A stretch of DNA of 62,031 bases from Elusimicrobiota bacterium (GTDB taxonomy: Bacteria; Elusimicrobiota; Elusimicrobia; UBA1565), in NCBI GenBank assembly GCA_043819795.1, contig JBDREN010000100.1:1-62031 (forward strand). The letters run 5' to 3'. The first letter of the stretch is position 1. Each line of letters starts with the position of its first letter. The translations under genes and the position numbers were made by a program. Below, piece after piece: positions 38,228 through 47,808 of this stretch. The notes under the pieces were generated by a model. That model was not told where the DNA came from. It was given only the letters and a program-made list of their open reading frames with translations, and ran no database searches.

Positions 38228-40246
38228 ATGACGTCAGCCACCAAGGCCCGGTCCGGGCCATCCCTCCACGTGCCGGACCTCTACCACCGCCGCCGCCGAA
38301 AGACGCGCGTCGTCATGGTGGGCAAGGTCGGCGTCGGAGGCGAAAATCCCATCCGCCTGCAGTCCATGACCACGACCGACACCATGGACACCGAGGCCAC
38401 CGCCGCCCAATGCGCGCGCATGGCCGAGGCGGGCTGCGAGATCGTGCGCATCACGACCCGGACGGTGGAGGACGCCCGCAACCTCGGGAGCATCAGAGAG
38501 GCGCTTTCGCGCCGCGGCATCGAGGTGCCGCTGGTGGCCGACGTCCACTTCCAGCCGAAGGCGGCGCTCGAGGCGGCCGAGTTCGCCGAGAAGGTCCGCA
38601 TCAACCCGGGGAACTTCGTCGACGCCAAACGCTTCTCCGTGCGCGAGTACACCGACGCCGAGTACGCGGCCGAGCTCGAGCGTATCGAGTCCCGGTTCAC
38701 CCCCCTCGTCGAGAAGCTCAAGCGCCTGGGGCGCTCTTTGCGGATCGGCACGAACCACGGCTCGCTCTCGGACCGCATCATGAACCGCTACGGCGACTCC
38801 CCGCTCGGCATGGTGGAGTCCGCGCTCGAGTACGTCCGGATCTGCGAGAAGAACGGCTTCCACGATATCATCCTCTCCATGAAGGCCTCCGATCCGAAGG
38901 TCATGATCCAGGCCTACCGCCTGCTCTCGGCCCGCATGGCCGGGCTCGGCATGGATTATCCGTTCCACCTCGGCGTCACCGAAGCCGGAAGCGGGGAGGA
39001 CGGCCGCGTCAAGTCGGCCATCGGCATCGGAAGCCTGCTCGAGGACGGGATCGGCGACACGATCCGCGTCTCGCTGACCGAGGATCCCGAGCGCGAGATC
39101 CCGGTCTGCCGATCTCTCGCACGGCGCTTCCAGCCGGACCGGCCCGCGCCGCGGCAGGGCGAGAGCGTCTCCGCTCCCTACGTCGAGGACCTCTTCAGCT
39201 TCCGGCGCCGCGAGACCCGGGATGTCCGCGTCGGACCCTTCACCCTCGGAGGCGGGCAGCCCGTGCGCGTGATCGCCAGATTGAGCCCGCTCACCCCCGC
39301 CGACGGCCCCTGCCCGTCCATCGCGCGCCTGCTGCGTGACCCGGCTACCCCCGATCCGGAGATCATGGAGTGGACGCTGCGAGGCCCGGAAGACCTGGAA
39401 GGTCTGCGCGCGGCGAAGAGAGAACTCGCCGGAGAAGCCTCGCGGCTGGCCCACATGGGACGCTTCGACGGATTCGAGCCTCCCGGCGAAAAAGCTCTGG
39501 CTTTGCTCGATATGGCCGTCTGGTCTGATCGGACCCCCGATGGGGACTCACTGATCGCCGCGGCCGGAAGATGCAAAACCCCCCTGCTGATCGAATCGGA
39601 GAATGTGGAGCGCGCGGTGGAACGTGAGCGCCGCTGCGCCGACTCGGGCGTCCCGGCGATCATCGCCCTGTCGGCTCGAACGCCTCGCTCTCATCTGCAC
39701 GCCCACAGACGGCTCGCCGCGCTCCTGAGATCGAATGGATCGCGAGCGCCGATCCACCTGAAAGCGCCCGCGCAGGCCGACGAGCAGGCACTGGTCCTGG
39801 AGTCCTCGCTTCTCATCGGAGGGCTGCTCTGCGACGGCATCGGCGACAGCGTCCAGGTCGCCGGCGGACAGGGTACCGGACGCGACATCGAGCTGGCCTA
39901 CGGCATCCTTCAGGCTTCGGGCGTGCGGCTCACGAGAGCCGAATACGTCTCATGCCCCTCCTGCGGCCGGACGCTCTTCGACCTGCAGAAAGCGACCGCG
40001 CGCATCCGGTCGAAGACCGGGCACCTCAAAGGGGTCAAGATCGCCGTCATGGGCTGCATCGTCAACGGCCCGGGAGAGATGTCCGACGCCGACTTCGGCT
40101 ACGTCGGCGGCGCCCCGGGCAGGATCAATCTCTACGTCGGCAAGAAGTGCGTGCGGAAAGGAATTTCGACCGAGGAGGCGGATCAGGCTCTCGTCGAGCT
40201 GATCCGGGCCGATGGGAAGTGGACCGATCCGCCGAAAAGAATCTAG
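38228..40246 (+). CDS. ispG: HMBPP synthase, long three-domain form
   Basis: IRLQSMTTT, VRINPGN, RIGTNHGSLS, GIGDTIRVSL, CPSCGRT and MGCIVNGPGE, with a large central insert. Confidence 0.96.
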   Translation: MTSATKARSGPSLHVPDLYHRRRRKTRVVMVGKVGVGGENPIRLQSMTTTDTMDTEATAAQCARMAEAGCEIVRITTRTVEDARNLGSIREALSRRGIEVPLVADVHFQPKAALEAAEFAEKVRINPGNFVDAKRFSVREYTDAEYAAELERIESRFTPLVEKLKRLGRSLRIGTNHGSLSDRIMNRYGDSPLGMVESALEYVRICEKNGFHDIILSMKASDPKVMIQAYRLLSARMAGLGMDYPFHLGVTEAGSGEDGRVKSAIGIGSLLEDGIGDTIRVSLTEDPEREIPVCRSLARRFQPDRPAPRQGESVSAPYVEDLFSFRRRETRDVRVGPFTLGGGQPVRVIARLSPLTPADGPCPSIARLLRDPATPDPEIMEWTLRGPEDLEGLRAAKRELAGEASRLAHMGRFDGFEPPGEKALALLDMAVWSDRTPDGDSLIAAAGRCKTPLLIESENVERAVERERRCADSGVPAIIALSARTPRSHLHAHRRLAALLRSNGSRAPIHLKAPAQADEQALVLESSLLIGGLLCDGIGDSVQVAGGQGTGRDIELAYGILQASGVRLTRAEYVSCPSCGRTLFDLQKATARIRSKTGHLKGVKIAVMGCIVNGPGEMSDADFGYVGGAPGRINLYVGKKCVRKGISTEEADQALVELIRADGKWTDPPKRI

Positions 40247-40259
40247 AGGAGGTGCCGCT

Positions 40260-40544
40260 ATGGCCGTTGAACCGAAGACACCCGTAGACGATCTTCTTGC
40301 CAAGACACTCGACAGGACCCGCGAGGACGACCCTATCCGAGAAGAGCATCGCACTCCTCCTTCCCGCGGCATCTGCCGCCGCTGCGGCCAGGACAAGCCG
40401 GTCAACCAGCTGATGCTCTGCTACCGTTGCTGGGTCATCACGAACCTCGAGGAGAGCGGCTGGCGCGAAGGCATGCCCCACCCGGGCTGGTGCCAGTGCC
40501 AGGGCCTCGGCGGCCATTCCGGACACCTCGGCCACGGCAACTGA
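40260..40544 (+). CDS. Small Cys/His-rich hypothetical protein (94 aa)
   Basis: Strong GAGGAGG RBS; CRRC..CYRC..CQC..H motifs. Confidence 0.75.
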   Translation: MAVEPKTPVDDLLAKTLDRTREDDPIREEHRTPPSRGICRRCGQDKPVNQLMLCYRCWVITNLEESGWREGMPHPGWCQCQGLGGHSGHLGHGN

Positions 40545-40556
40545 GCGAGGCAGGAC

Positions 40557-41204
40557 TTGCTAAAAAACCCCCGGGCGGCCTTCGCCGCCGGGCTGCTCAT
40601 CCCGCCCGCGGCCGCGCTCCTGGCATGGATGTGGGCGATCGGCTGGTGGATGGACTATTCGGACGAGCCGCAAAAGTCCGACATGATCGTCGTGATCGCA
40701 GGCGAGTTCTCCCGGCCTTTCCACGCGGCCGAGCTCTACCACGCGGGGCTGGCGCCCGAGGTCTGGGTCTCGCGCCCGTTCCGCGGCCCGGCCGAGAGCG
40801 AGGCCGTGCGCCTGAAGATCCCCATCCCCGCCGAAGAGGAGACCAGCAGGCGGATCCTCCTCAAGAAGGGAGTCCCCCCCGAGGCGATCCGGCTCTACGG
40901 CGAGGGCGTCATGAGCACCGTCAACGAGGCTCTCGCGCTCAGGCACGCGGCCAAGCCTAGCGGCAAAAAGATCCTAGCCGTGACCTCGCGCTGGCACGCC
41001 CGGCGCACCCGCCTCATCTTCCGCCGGACGCTCCCGGACGCCGAGGTGCGCGTCGTGGCCACCGACCATGAGGCGTTCAGCCGGCGGTGGTGGCGGAGCC
41101 AGGCCCTGGCCCGCGCCGCGATCCTCGAGACGGCGAAGACGGCCTTCTACCTGCTCGGCGGGCGCTTCCTGGCGCCCCTCGAGGACACCCCGAACGAGCA
41201 CTAG
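40557..41204 (+). CDS. YdcF/DUF218 family protein
   Basis: N-terminal TM, DMIVVIAG, STVNEA and VTSRWHARR. Confidence 0.85.
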   Translation: MLKNPRAAFAAGLLIPPAAALLAWMWAIGWWMDYSDEPQKSDMIVVIAGEFSRPFHAAELYHAGLAPEVWVSRPFRGPAESEAVRLKIPIPAEEETSRRILLKKGVPPEAIRLYGEGVMSTVNEALALRHAAKPSGKKILAVTSRWHARRTRLIFRRTLPDAEVRVVATDHEAFSRRWWRSQALARAAILETAKTAFYLLGGRFLAPLEDTPNEH

Positions 41205-41207
41205 TCG

Positions 41208-41420
41208 CATCCTTCGCCTTCGGCTCAGGACTGATGCCTCGCTCCGAGAGGAAGAGTCCTCCGCTCGGTGCTCCCCCCGGGGGCTGCCGCCCCCTCGGGC
41301 CCGCAAGACCCACATCGCCTTAGTGGGCCTTGCGGGTCACCCCTACTAAGGTGCGCCGGCCATGCGGCGCTCCCATAAGACGCGCACCTCCCCCGCGGGA
41401 GAGGGTCGGGGTGTGGGGCT
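41208..41420. repeat. Cluster of REP-like palindromes between convergent genes
   Basis: ATCCTTCGCCTTCGGCTCAGGA; hairpin CCCGCAAGACCCAC/GTGGGCCTTGCGGG; CTCCCCCGCGGGAGAGGG, related to the 16464 and 26358 repeats. Confidence 0.55.
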
Positions 41421-41436
41421 CCGGGCGTCGGAGACC

Positions 41437-41991
41437 TCAGGACTCGGGCAGGGGGCGGAAGAACCGGCGGCGGTACGCGGCGAGCTCGGCGATGGATTCC
41501 CGGATGTCGTCGAGCGCCAGGTGGCTTTGCTTCTTCGCGATGGGCTCGTATTCCGAAGGGTACCAGCGCTGGACGAGCTCCTTGACCGAACTCACGTCGA
41601 TGATCCGGTAGTTCAGGTACTCGTTGAGACGCGGCATGTAGCGGACCAGGAAGCGGCGGTCCTGGTGGATGGAGTTGCCGCAGAGGGGCGCCGTCTGCTC
41701 CGGACAGTACTTCCTGATGAAGCCGAGGCTCATCTTTTCGGCGTCCTCGATCGTGACGTCGGACTCGAGACAGCGCTTCGTCAGGCCCGAGGCGCCGTGG
41801 TGCTCGACGCACCAGGGGTCCATGCCCTCGAGCTGCTTCTTGGAGTGCCGGATCTCGAGGACCGGCCCCTCGGCCAGCACGTTGAGCATGCTGTCGGTGA
41901 TGATGGTGGCGGTCTCGAGGATGGTATCCCGCTCGGGATCCAGCCCCGTCATCTCAAGGTCCATCCATACCAGGTTCTGTGGATCCTGCAT
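41437..41991 (-). CDS. orn: Oligoribonuclease
   Basis: WMDLEMTGL, GNSIHQDRRFL, DVSSVKEL and HLALDDIRES. Confidence 0.96.
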   Translation of the reverse strand: MQDPQNLVWMDLEMTGLDPERDTILETATIITDSMLNVLAEGPVLEIRHSKKQLEGMDPWCVEHHGASGLTKRCLESDVTIEDAEKMSLGFIRKYCPEQTAPLCGNSIHQDRRFLVRYMPRLNEYLNYRIIDVSSVKELVQRWYPSEYEPIAKKQSHLALDDIRESIAELAAYRRRFFRPLPES

Positions 41992-42127
41992 TCTCGGCCT
42001 CCGCACCCATTCTAACAGATGCACGCACTCAACGCCATACGTGCGGCCTCGTCGCGGGCCGCGGGGCACGCCTTCCCGCGGCCTCCCGCAAAGGATACGA
42101 GCGAGCCTCCCTTTTGGTTCCCCCAAT

Positions 42128-42156
42128 TAGACAACCGACGCGGGGTTAACTAGAAT
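42128..42156 (+). promoter_or_regulatory. Sigma70-type promoter with a very short leader
   Basis: TAGACA-N17-TAGAAT, 9 nt before ATG 42166. Confidence 0.6.
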
Positions 42157-42165
42157 ATCCCCGCT

Positions 42166-42822
42166 ATGCAACGCAGCTGGATCGACCGCCTCGAGCGGCG
42201 CTTCGGGGAGTGGGGCATCCCCAACCTCGCCCTCTTCATCGTCGGCATGAACGCCGGGATCTGGGTGCTGACGCGCGCCAAGCCCGAGTTCGCGCGCCTG
42301 CTGCCCCTCGAGCCGGCCCTCGTATTCGAGGGGCAGGTCTGGCGACTCTTCACGTTCATCTTCATCCCCCCGCGTCTTTCGCCGTTATGGCTGTTTTTCT
42401 GGCTGTACCTGCTGTACATCTACGCGCAGGCGCTCGAGAACGAATGGGGCGAGTTCCGCTTCAACCTGTTCTACGGCATCGGCGCGGCGGCCACGGCCGC
42501 GGTCTCACTGATCCTCGGCGTCGGGCTCTCCAACGTCCCGCTGAACACGACCATTTTCCTGTCCTTCGCGGCCCTATACCCGGACTTCGAGCTCCTGCTC
42601 TTCTTCATCCTGCCGGTCAAGGTCAAGTGGCTGGCATGGCTCGCCTGGGCCGGGATCGCCTGGGGCTTCGCGGCGGGCGGTTGGGTCACCCGCCTCGCGC
42701 TGGCGGCCGGCCTGCTCAACTACGCCGTATTCTTCGGGAGGCGCCACCTGGAGGCGATCCAGCATTGGCTCCGGGTGCGCCGCAACCGGCGCCGGTACTG
42801 GAAGGCCTTCAAGGACGACTGA
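42166..42822 (+). CDS. Conserved multi-pass membrane protein (rhomboid-like, no clear catalytic motif)
   Basis: GQVWRLFTFIF, LENEWG and FILPVKVKWL, with several TM helices. Confidence 0.8.
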   Translation: MQRSWIDRLERRFGEWGIPNLALFIVGMNAGIWVLTRAKPEFARLLPLEPALVFEGQVWRLFTFIFIPPRLSPLWLFFWLYLLYIYAQALENEWGEFRFNLFYGIGAAATAAVSLILGVGLSNVPLNTTIFLSFAALYPDFELLLFFILPVKVKWLAWLAWAGIAWGFAAGGWVTRLALAAGLLNYAVFFGRRHLEAIQHWLRVRRNRRRYWKAFKDD

Positions 42823-43284
42823 ATGGCGGACAACAAGGAGCAGACCCTCTGGCGCGGCCGTCCCTCCTACTGGAACTGGTGGACGCAGCTCGCCATCGGC
42901 GACCTTTTCATCGTGCTGGCGATCGCGCTATGGTGGGCCGGCCGCGGCGAGTACGCTCCGTGGGCGTCGGGAGCGGCCACGTTCTTCTATCTTGTGGCTC
43001 TGGCCGGACGCTACAGCGTCCTCTACACGCTCACCGACCAGCGCGTCATCGCGCGGGCCGGGCTCTTTTCCCGCCGCGTCGACGAGGTCGAGATCCGCGA
43101 CATCCGCAACATCGTCCTCGAGCAGAGCTTCCTCCAGCGCCTGGTGGGGATAGGCGATATCGGGATCTCCTCGGCCGGCGGCGAGGGGATCGAGGTCCGC
43201 TTCGGCAGGATACCGCGGGCCGAGGCCGTCAAGGAGCGCATCCGGCAGGCCCGCATGGACAGCGGAGGCCCCCATGACCGATGA
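42823..43284 (+). CDS. Membrane protein with a bacterial PH domain
   Basis: Two TM helices, then YTLTDQRV..GLFSR..QSFLQRLVGIGDI. Confidence 0.85.
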   Translation: MADNKEQTLWRGRPSYWNWWTQLAIGDLFIVLAIALWWAGRGEYAPWASGAATFFYLVALAGRYSVLYTLTDQRVIARAGLFSRRVDEVEIRDIRNIVLEQSFLQRLVGIGDIGISSAGGEGIEVRFGRIPRAEAVKERIRQARMDSGGPHDR

Positions 43285-43606
43285 GATCGTCTATTCGACC
43301 GACCCCGGCTTCTGCCCGGCCTGCGGCCGCTCCCCCTGCACGTGCTCGGACAAAAAGAAGCGCCGCCAGCCGGAGCCGGTCCGCATCTCCTTCTCCCGCG
43401 TGTCCAAAGGCTCGGGGATGACGCGCGTCGAGCGGCTCAACATGCACCCGCGCCTCAAAGATGAGCTGCTCAAACGCTTCAAGAAGCGCCTCGGTTGCGG
43501 AGGGACCGTCAAAGACGGCGTCGTCGAGCTCCAGGGCGACCGGCGGGACTTCCTCCAGAAGGAGCTCGAGTCGGAAGGCTACAAGGTCAAGCGCGTCGGG
43601 GGCTGA
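43274..43606 (+). CDS. yciH: SUI1/YciH family translation factor
   Basis: VYSTD, KKRLGCGGTVKDGVVELQGD and VKRVGG. Confidence 0.9.
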   Translation: MTDEIVYSTDPGFCPACGRSPCTCSDKKKRRQPEPVRISFSRVSKGSGMTRVERLNMHPRLKDELLKRFKKRLGCGGTVKDGVVELQGDRRDFLQKELESEGYKVKRVGG

Positions 43607-43622
43607 ACGTTCCCAGGTCAGC

Positions 43623-45518
43623 TTAGAGGGCCCGGCGGATGGCAGCGGCCGCGGCCAGAAGGGCGTCGGTGTCCTCTTTGGCGAGCTTCTTGCCCTGCTG
43701 GGCCTTCACCGAGTTTTCGAAGGCACGGAGCTGGCCGAGGGCGGCCTGGGGATTGCCTTTTTCGATTGATTTTACAGCGTTTTCCAGTTTGGCCGTCAGG
43801 CTGTTCGCGGCCCCTTTGGGCAAGCCCATCGCTTCGATCGTCGCGATGAGGTCCTCCAGCGCCTGCCGGGGGGTCTGGACCGTCACCACCGCGGTGTCCG
43901 CGCCTTCGGCGCCGGCGTCATCAGTGACGGTCAGCGTGGCGGTGAACAATCCCGCGGCGCTGAAAGAGTGGCTCACCGTCACGCCCGAGGCGGTCGCTAG
44001 GCTGTCGGCGAATTCCCAGTCGTAGGAGACGATCGACCCGTCGGGATCCTCGGAGCCGCTCCCGTCGAACTCGACGGGAACTCCGACCAGGATCGTGCGG
44101 TCGGGCCCCGCGTCCGCGGTCGGAGGGATGTTGGGAGCGGTCTGAGCGTATTTGATCGTCGCGAAGTCGAAGTTGGTCGCCGAGCCTGAATAGGCCGCCC
44201 CCCCGACGTAGACGTTGCCCGAGCCGTCCAACGCCGCTGCGTACGGAATATCCATGTTGTTCCCTACACCGTTGTAGCGCATGACCCATTGGACGTTCCC
44301 GTCCGCGTCGTACTTGAGGGTCGCATAGTCCTCGAACGTCCCGCTCCCCACGCTGTCGCCGGTGACGTAGACGTTGCCCCGGGAGTCCACCGCCATGGCC
44401 CCGACCTGATCCACCCCGCTTCCCGGGCCGTTGTAGCTCGCGGCCCACTGCTCGTCGCCGGCGGAGTCGTACTTGACCGTCACGAAGTCATAGGAGTTCG
44501 CGCTTCCCGCGTAGCTCGCGCCCGCCACGTAGACCTCGCCCGACGCGCCAACCGCCACGGCCCTGGCGAAGTCGAACCCGTTGGCCGCGCCGTTATACCG
44601 GGCCGCCCACAGCGTGTTTCCTCCGGAGTCGTACTTGACGGTCGCGGCGTCCGCGCCTGTTCCCGCCCCGTCGCTGCGGCCCGTGACGTAGATATTGCCG
44701 GCGGCGTCCAGCGCAATGGCGAACGCCTCATCCCGGCCGTCGGCCGGGCCGTTGTACATCGAGACCCACTGCTCTTGTCCGTCGCCGTCGTACTTGATCG
44801 TCGCGTAGTCCAGCGATGATATGCCGACGCCGGCCCTTCCCGTGACGAAGACGTTGCCCGCACGGTCCACCGCGATCGCCGTGGCCTCGTCGAAGCCGCC
44901 GCCGGGGCTGTCGTAGCGAGCCGCCCATTTGAGACCGCCACCGGCGTCGTAGGCGACCGTGACGTAGTCCCGGTTCCTGCTGTCCGCTCGGCTGATACCC
45001 GCCACGAAGACGTTCCCCGCGGCGTCCACCGCGATGGCGACGCCCTGATCGAAGTTGTTGCCCGGCCCGTCATAGCGGGCCACCCACAGCTCGTTGCCGT
45101 CCGTATCGTATTTGACCGTCGCGATGTCGTTGGGGTTGGCGCCGGTGGTCCCTAGGCTCATGCCCGTCACATACGCGTGTCCCTGCGCATCTACGGCGAG
45201 GGCCAGAGCATAATCCATCATGTTTCTCGGGCCGTCGTAGCGGGCCGCCCACACCTCGTTGCCATCGGGGTCGTACTTGGCGGTCGCGTAGTCGATGCTC
45301 GTGCCCAGGCCGTAGCTGTAGCCCGTGACATATACGTTGCCTGTAGGGTCCACATCCATGGCGGTCACGACGTCCAAGCTGTTGGCCGGGCCGTCGTACC
45401 GCGCGACCCACTCCCCATCCACCAAGGGCTCGGCCGAGCGCGCCGGAACCGCCGATAAAGCGGCAAGGACCGCGCCCAAGATGGGCGCCAGCCCCCGCCT
45501 CTCTCGCGTTCTACTCAT
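43623..45518 (-). CDS. Secreted SBBP-type beta-propeller protein + PKD + C-terminal helical (FIMAH-like) domain
   Basis: Seven W(V/A)ARY(D/N)GP..D..GNVYVTG..DYATxKYD blades, then PKD (TADAGPD..DPDGSIVSYDW) and the tail LRAFENSVKAQQGKK. Confidence 0.9.
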   Translation of the reverse strand: MSRTRERRGLAPILGAVLAALSAVPARSAEPLVDGEWVARYDGPANSLDVVTAMDVDPTGNVYVTGYSYGLGTSIDYATAKYDPDGNEVWAARYDGPRNMMDYALALAVDAQGHAYVTGMSLGTTGANPNDIATVKYDTDGNELWVARYDGPGNNFDQGVAIAVDAAGNVFVAGISRADSRNRDYVTVAYDAGGGLKWAARYDSPGGGFDEATAIAVDRAGNVFVTGRAGVGISSLDYATIKYDGDGQEQWVSMYNGPADGRDEAFAIALDAAGNIYVTGRSDGAGTGADAATVKYDSGGNTLWAARYNGAANGFDFARAVAVGASGEVYVAGASYAGSANSYDFVTVKYDSAGDEQWAASYNGPGSGVDQVGAMAVDSRGNVYVTGDSVGSGTFEDYATLKYDADGNVQWVMRYNGVGNNMDIPYAAALDGSGNVYVGGAAYSGSATNFDFATIKYAQTAPNIPPTADAGPDRTILVGVPVEFDGSGSEDPDGSIVSYDWEFADSLATASGVTVSHSFSAAGLFTATLTVTDDAGAEGADTAVVTVQTPRQALEDLIATIEAMGLPKGAANSLTAKLENAVKSIEKGNPQAALGQLRAFENSVKAQQGKKLAKEDTDALLAAAAAIRRAL

Positions 45519-45556
45519 ACCTGATCACCTGATTAGATAACCGCATCCCATAGGCC

Positions 45557-45578
45557 TGTCAATGTGACTAAAGTCACA
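45557..45578 (-). promoter_or_regulatory. Perfect CRP-type box abutting a TTGACA -35 element
   Basis: TGTGA-CTAAAG-TCACA at 45563-45578, with TTGACA on the minus strand at 45562-45557, upstream of the gene starting at 45518. Confidence 0.7.
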
Positions 45579-45695
45579 CGACGCCGTTCCAGTTCGACCT
45601 TCCTTGATTATAGTCCGACAATGAGTGATCGCCGAGGCCCTTTCGTTACGCTGCCCGCTGTTTTCTGGCGAAGAAACAAGAGAAATCCTCATCCA

Positions 45696-47786
45696 CTAGG
45701 GCGCGTTGACCGAGTCGATGACGGCCTGCGCGCCCTCGGTCAATTGGTCCGCCTGCTCCTCGGTGAGCTTCTTGCCCCGCTGCGCGTCCACCTTGTTGAG
45801 GAACGCCTTGGTCTTGTTGACGGCCGCGGTCTCGTTGCCGGACGCGATGCTTTGGGCCGCGTTGTCGAGCGAGGAGCCCAACGAGGTGCTCGTCCCGGCC
45901 GGGACATCCGGCGACTCCTGGAGCACCTCCACCACGTCCCCGAGGTCGGCGAGCCCCTCCTCAGGGGTCTGCACCGCGACCGTCAACGTGTCGCTCGCCG
46001 AATCCCCGGAGTCATCGGTGACCGTCAGCATGGCCGTGAATTCGCCCGCCGATTCGTAGACATGGCTGGCCGTCCGGCCGCTCGCGGGCTCCCCGCCGTC
46101 CCCGAAATCCCACTCGTAGGAAACGATCGTCCCGTCCGGATCGCTCGAGGCGCCTGCGTCGAACTCCGCCGGCACGCCCACAAGTCCCGTCTGGTCGGGC
46201 CCGGCGTCGGCCACGGGCGGCAGGTTGCACGCCGCAGCGCTCTCGATGACGATGCCGGGTCCCGGGTCGTACTCCACCGTCCCGTCGGCGGCCACGGAGA
46301 AGGCGAACTCCTGCGAGCCGTAGTATAGAGCGTAGGTCGAGGGGATGCTGGTCAGGCAATGCACCGTGTCCGCCGCCAGGTTGGCGGCCAGCCCCCCGAT
46401 GTTGAACTGCCCCGGGCCCAGCGCGCGCGCGTCCACGATGATCCCCAGGCCGTCAACCACCAACTCCGCGGTCCCACCGCCGTCAAGGAATCTCTCGCTC
46501 GCCTCGGGATAGGAGACCATCCCGTCCCCGCCGACGGAGAAGCCCGCGGCGTGCTGGGAGTAGCTGAGCCGGAAGGCGTAGTCCCCCGGGATGACGGTCA
46601 ACGGCTGGGTCGTTTCAGTCTGCAAATAAGCGGCCGCATCGTCCACGTTGAAAAGGCGGGCGCTGAGCGAACGGGCGTCCACCGTGAAGGAGAACCCATT
46701 GACGACGAGGGCCGCGGTCCCGTTGCCCTCCGCGTAGCTCTCGAGCGAAACGTCGTAGGTGATGATGCCTTCGGACCCCAGCGTGAAGGCGAACTTCTGC
46801 GCGCCCAGGTTCGAGGCGAAGGTGTAATCCCCCGGGATCGCCGTCACGGTGTGGACCTGGTCGTTGGGCAGGTGGGAGCTGGCGTCGCCTATGAAGTACC
46901 TCCCCACCGTCAACGGCCGGGCGTCCACCGTGAAGGAGAACCCGTTGACGACGAGAGCCGCGGTCCCGTTGCCCTCCACGTAGCTCTCGAGCGAAACGTC
47001 GTAGGTGATGATGCCGTCGGGGCCCAGGGTGAACGCGAAGTTCTGCGCGCCCAGGTTCGACCGGAAGCTGTACTCCCCGGGGAGGGCGGCCATCGCGTGG
47101 ACCTGGTCGTTGGGGACCAGGCTGCTCACGTCGCTTATGGAATACCTCCCCACCGTCAGCGACAGGGCGTCCACCGTGAACGGGAACCCGCGGACCACGA
47201 GGTCCGCCGTCCCCCTGCCGTCCACGTAGGCGTCCAAGGAGCTGTCGTAGCTGATGATCCCGTCGGAGCCAAGGCGGAACGCGAAGTTCTGCGCGCCCAG
47301 GTTCGACCGGAAGCTGTAATCCCCGGGGATGGCGGCCATCGTGTGGACTTGGTCGTTGGGGACCAGGCTGCTCACGTCGCTTATGGAATACCTCCCCACC
47401 GTCAGCGACAGGGCGTCCACCGTGAAGGAGTACCCGTTGACGACGAGAGCCGTGGTCCCCGTCCCATCCACGAAGGCGTCAAGAGAGCTGTCGTAGCTGA
47501 TCAGCCCGTCGGCGCCCACCGTGAAGGCGAAATCCTGCCTTCCGAGGTTTGATTCGAAGGTATAGTCGCCGGGAGCGATGGCTATGGTGTGGACCTGGTC
47601 GTTGGGGAGCAGCCCCGTCGCGCCGCCGATGGAGAACCTGCCCGTCGTCAGCGCCCGCGCGTCGACGGTGATCGTCGCGGCCTCGGCGGGCTCAAGCGCC
47701 GCCAACGGCAGCAGAGCGGCCAATCCGGCCGAAAGCAACGATCGACGGCTCCACGTCTTCCAAATGAGAATCGAAAACCAGTTCAT
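45696..47786 (-). CDS. Secreted protein with 5 full + 1 partial 82-aa beta-rich repeats + PKD + FIMAH-like tail
   Basis: 246-nt periodicity (47161 vs 47407), SRRSLL signal peptide, tail KAFLNKVDAQRGKKLTEEQAD. Confidence 0.9.
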   Translation of the reverse strand: MNWFSILIWKTWSRRSLLSAGLAALLPLAALEPAEAATITVDARALTTGRFSIGGATGLLPNDQVHTIAIAPGDYTFESNLGRQDFAFTVGADGLISYDSSLDAFVDGTGTTALVVNGYSFTVDALSLTVGRYSISDVSSLVPNDQVHTMAAIPGDYSFRSNLGAQNFAFRLGSDGIISYDSSLDAYVDGRGTADLVVRGFPFTVDALSLTVGRYSISDVSSLVPNDQVHAMAALPGEYSFRSNLGAQNFAFTLGPDGIITYDVSLESYVEGNGTAALVVNGFSFTVDARPLTVGRYFIGDASSHLPNDQVHTVTAIPGDYTFASNLGAQKFAFTLGSEGIITYDVSLESYAEGNGTAALVVNGFSFTVDARSLSARLFNVDDAAAYLQTETTQPLTVIPGDYAFRLSYSQHAAGFSVGGDGMVSYPEASERFLDGGGTAELVVDGLGIIVDARALGPGQFNIGGLAANLAADTVHCLTSIPSTYALYYGSQEFAFSVAADGTVEYDPGPGIVIESAAACNLPPVADAGPDQTGLVGVPAEFDAGASSDPDGTIVSYEWDFGDGGEPASGRTASHVYESAGEFTAMLTVTDDSGDSASDTLTVAVQTPEEGLADLGDVVEVLQESPDVPAGTSTSLGSSLDNAAQSIASGNETAAVNKTKAFLNKVDAQRGKKLTEEQADQLTEGAQAVIDSVNAP

Positions 47787-47808
47787 GTTTCTGGCCTCCC
47801 TTGACCGG

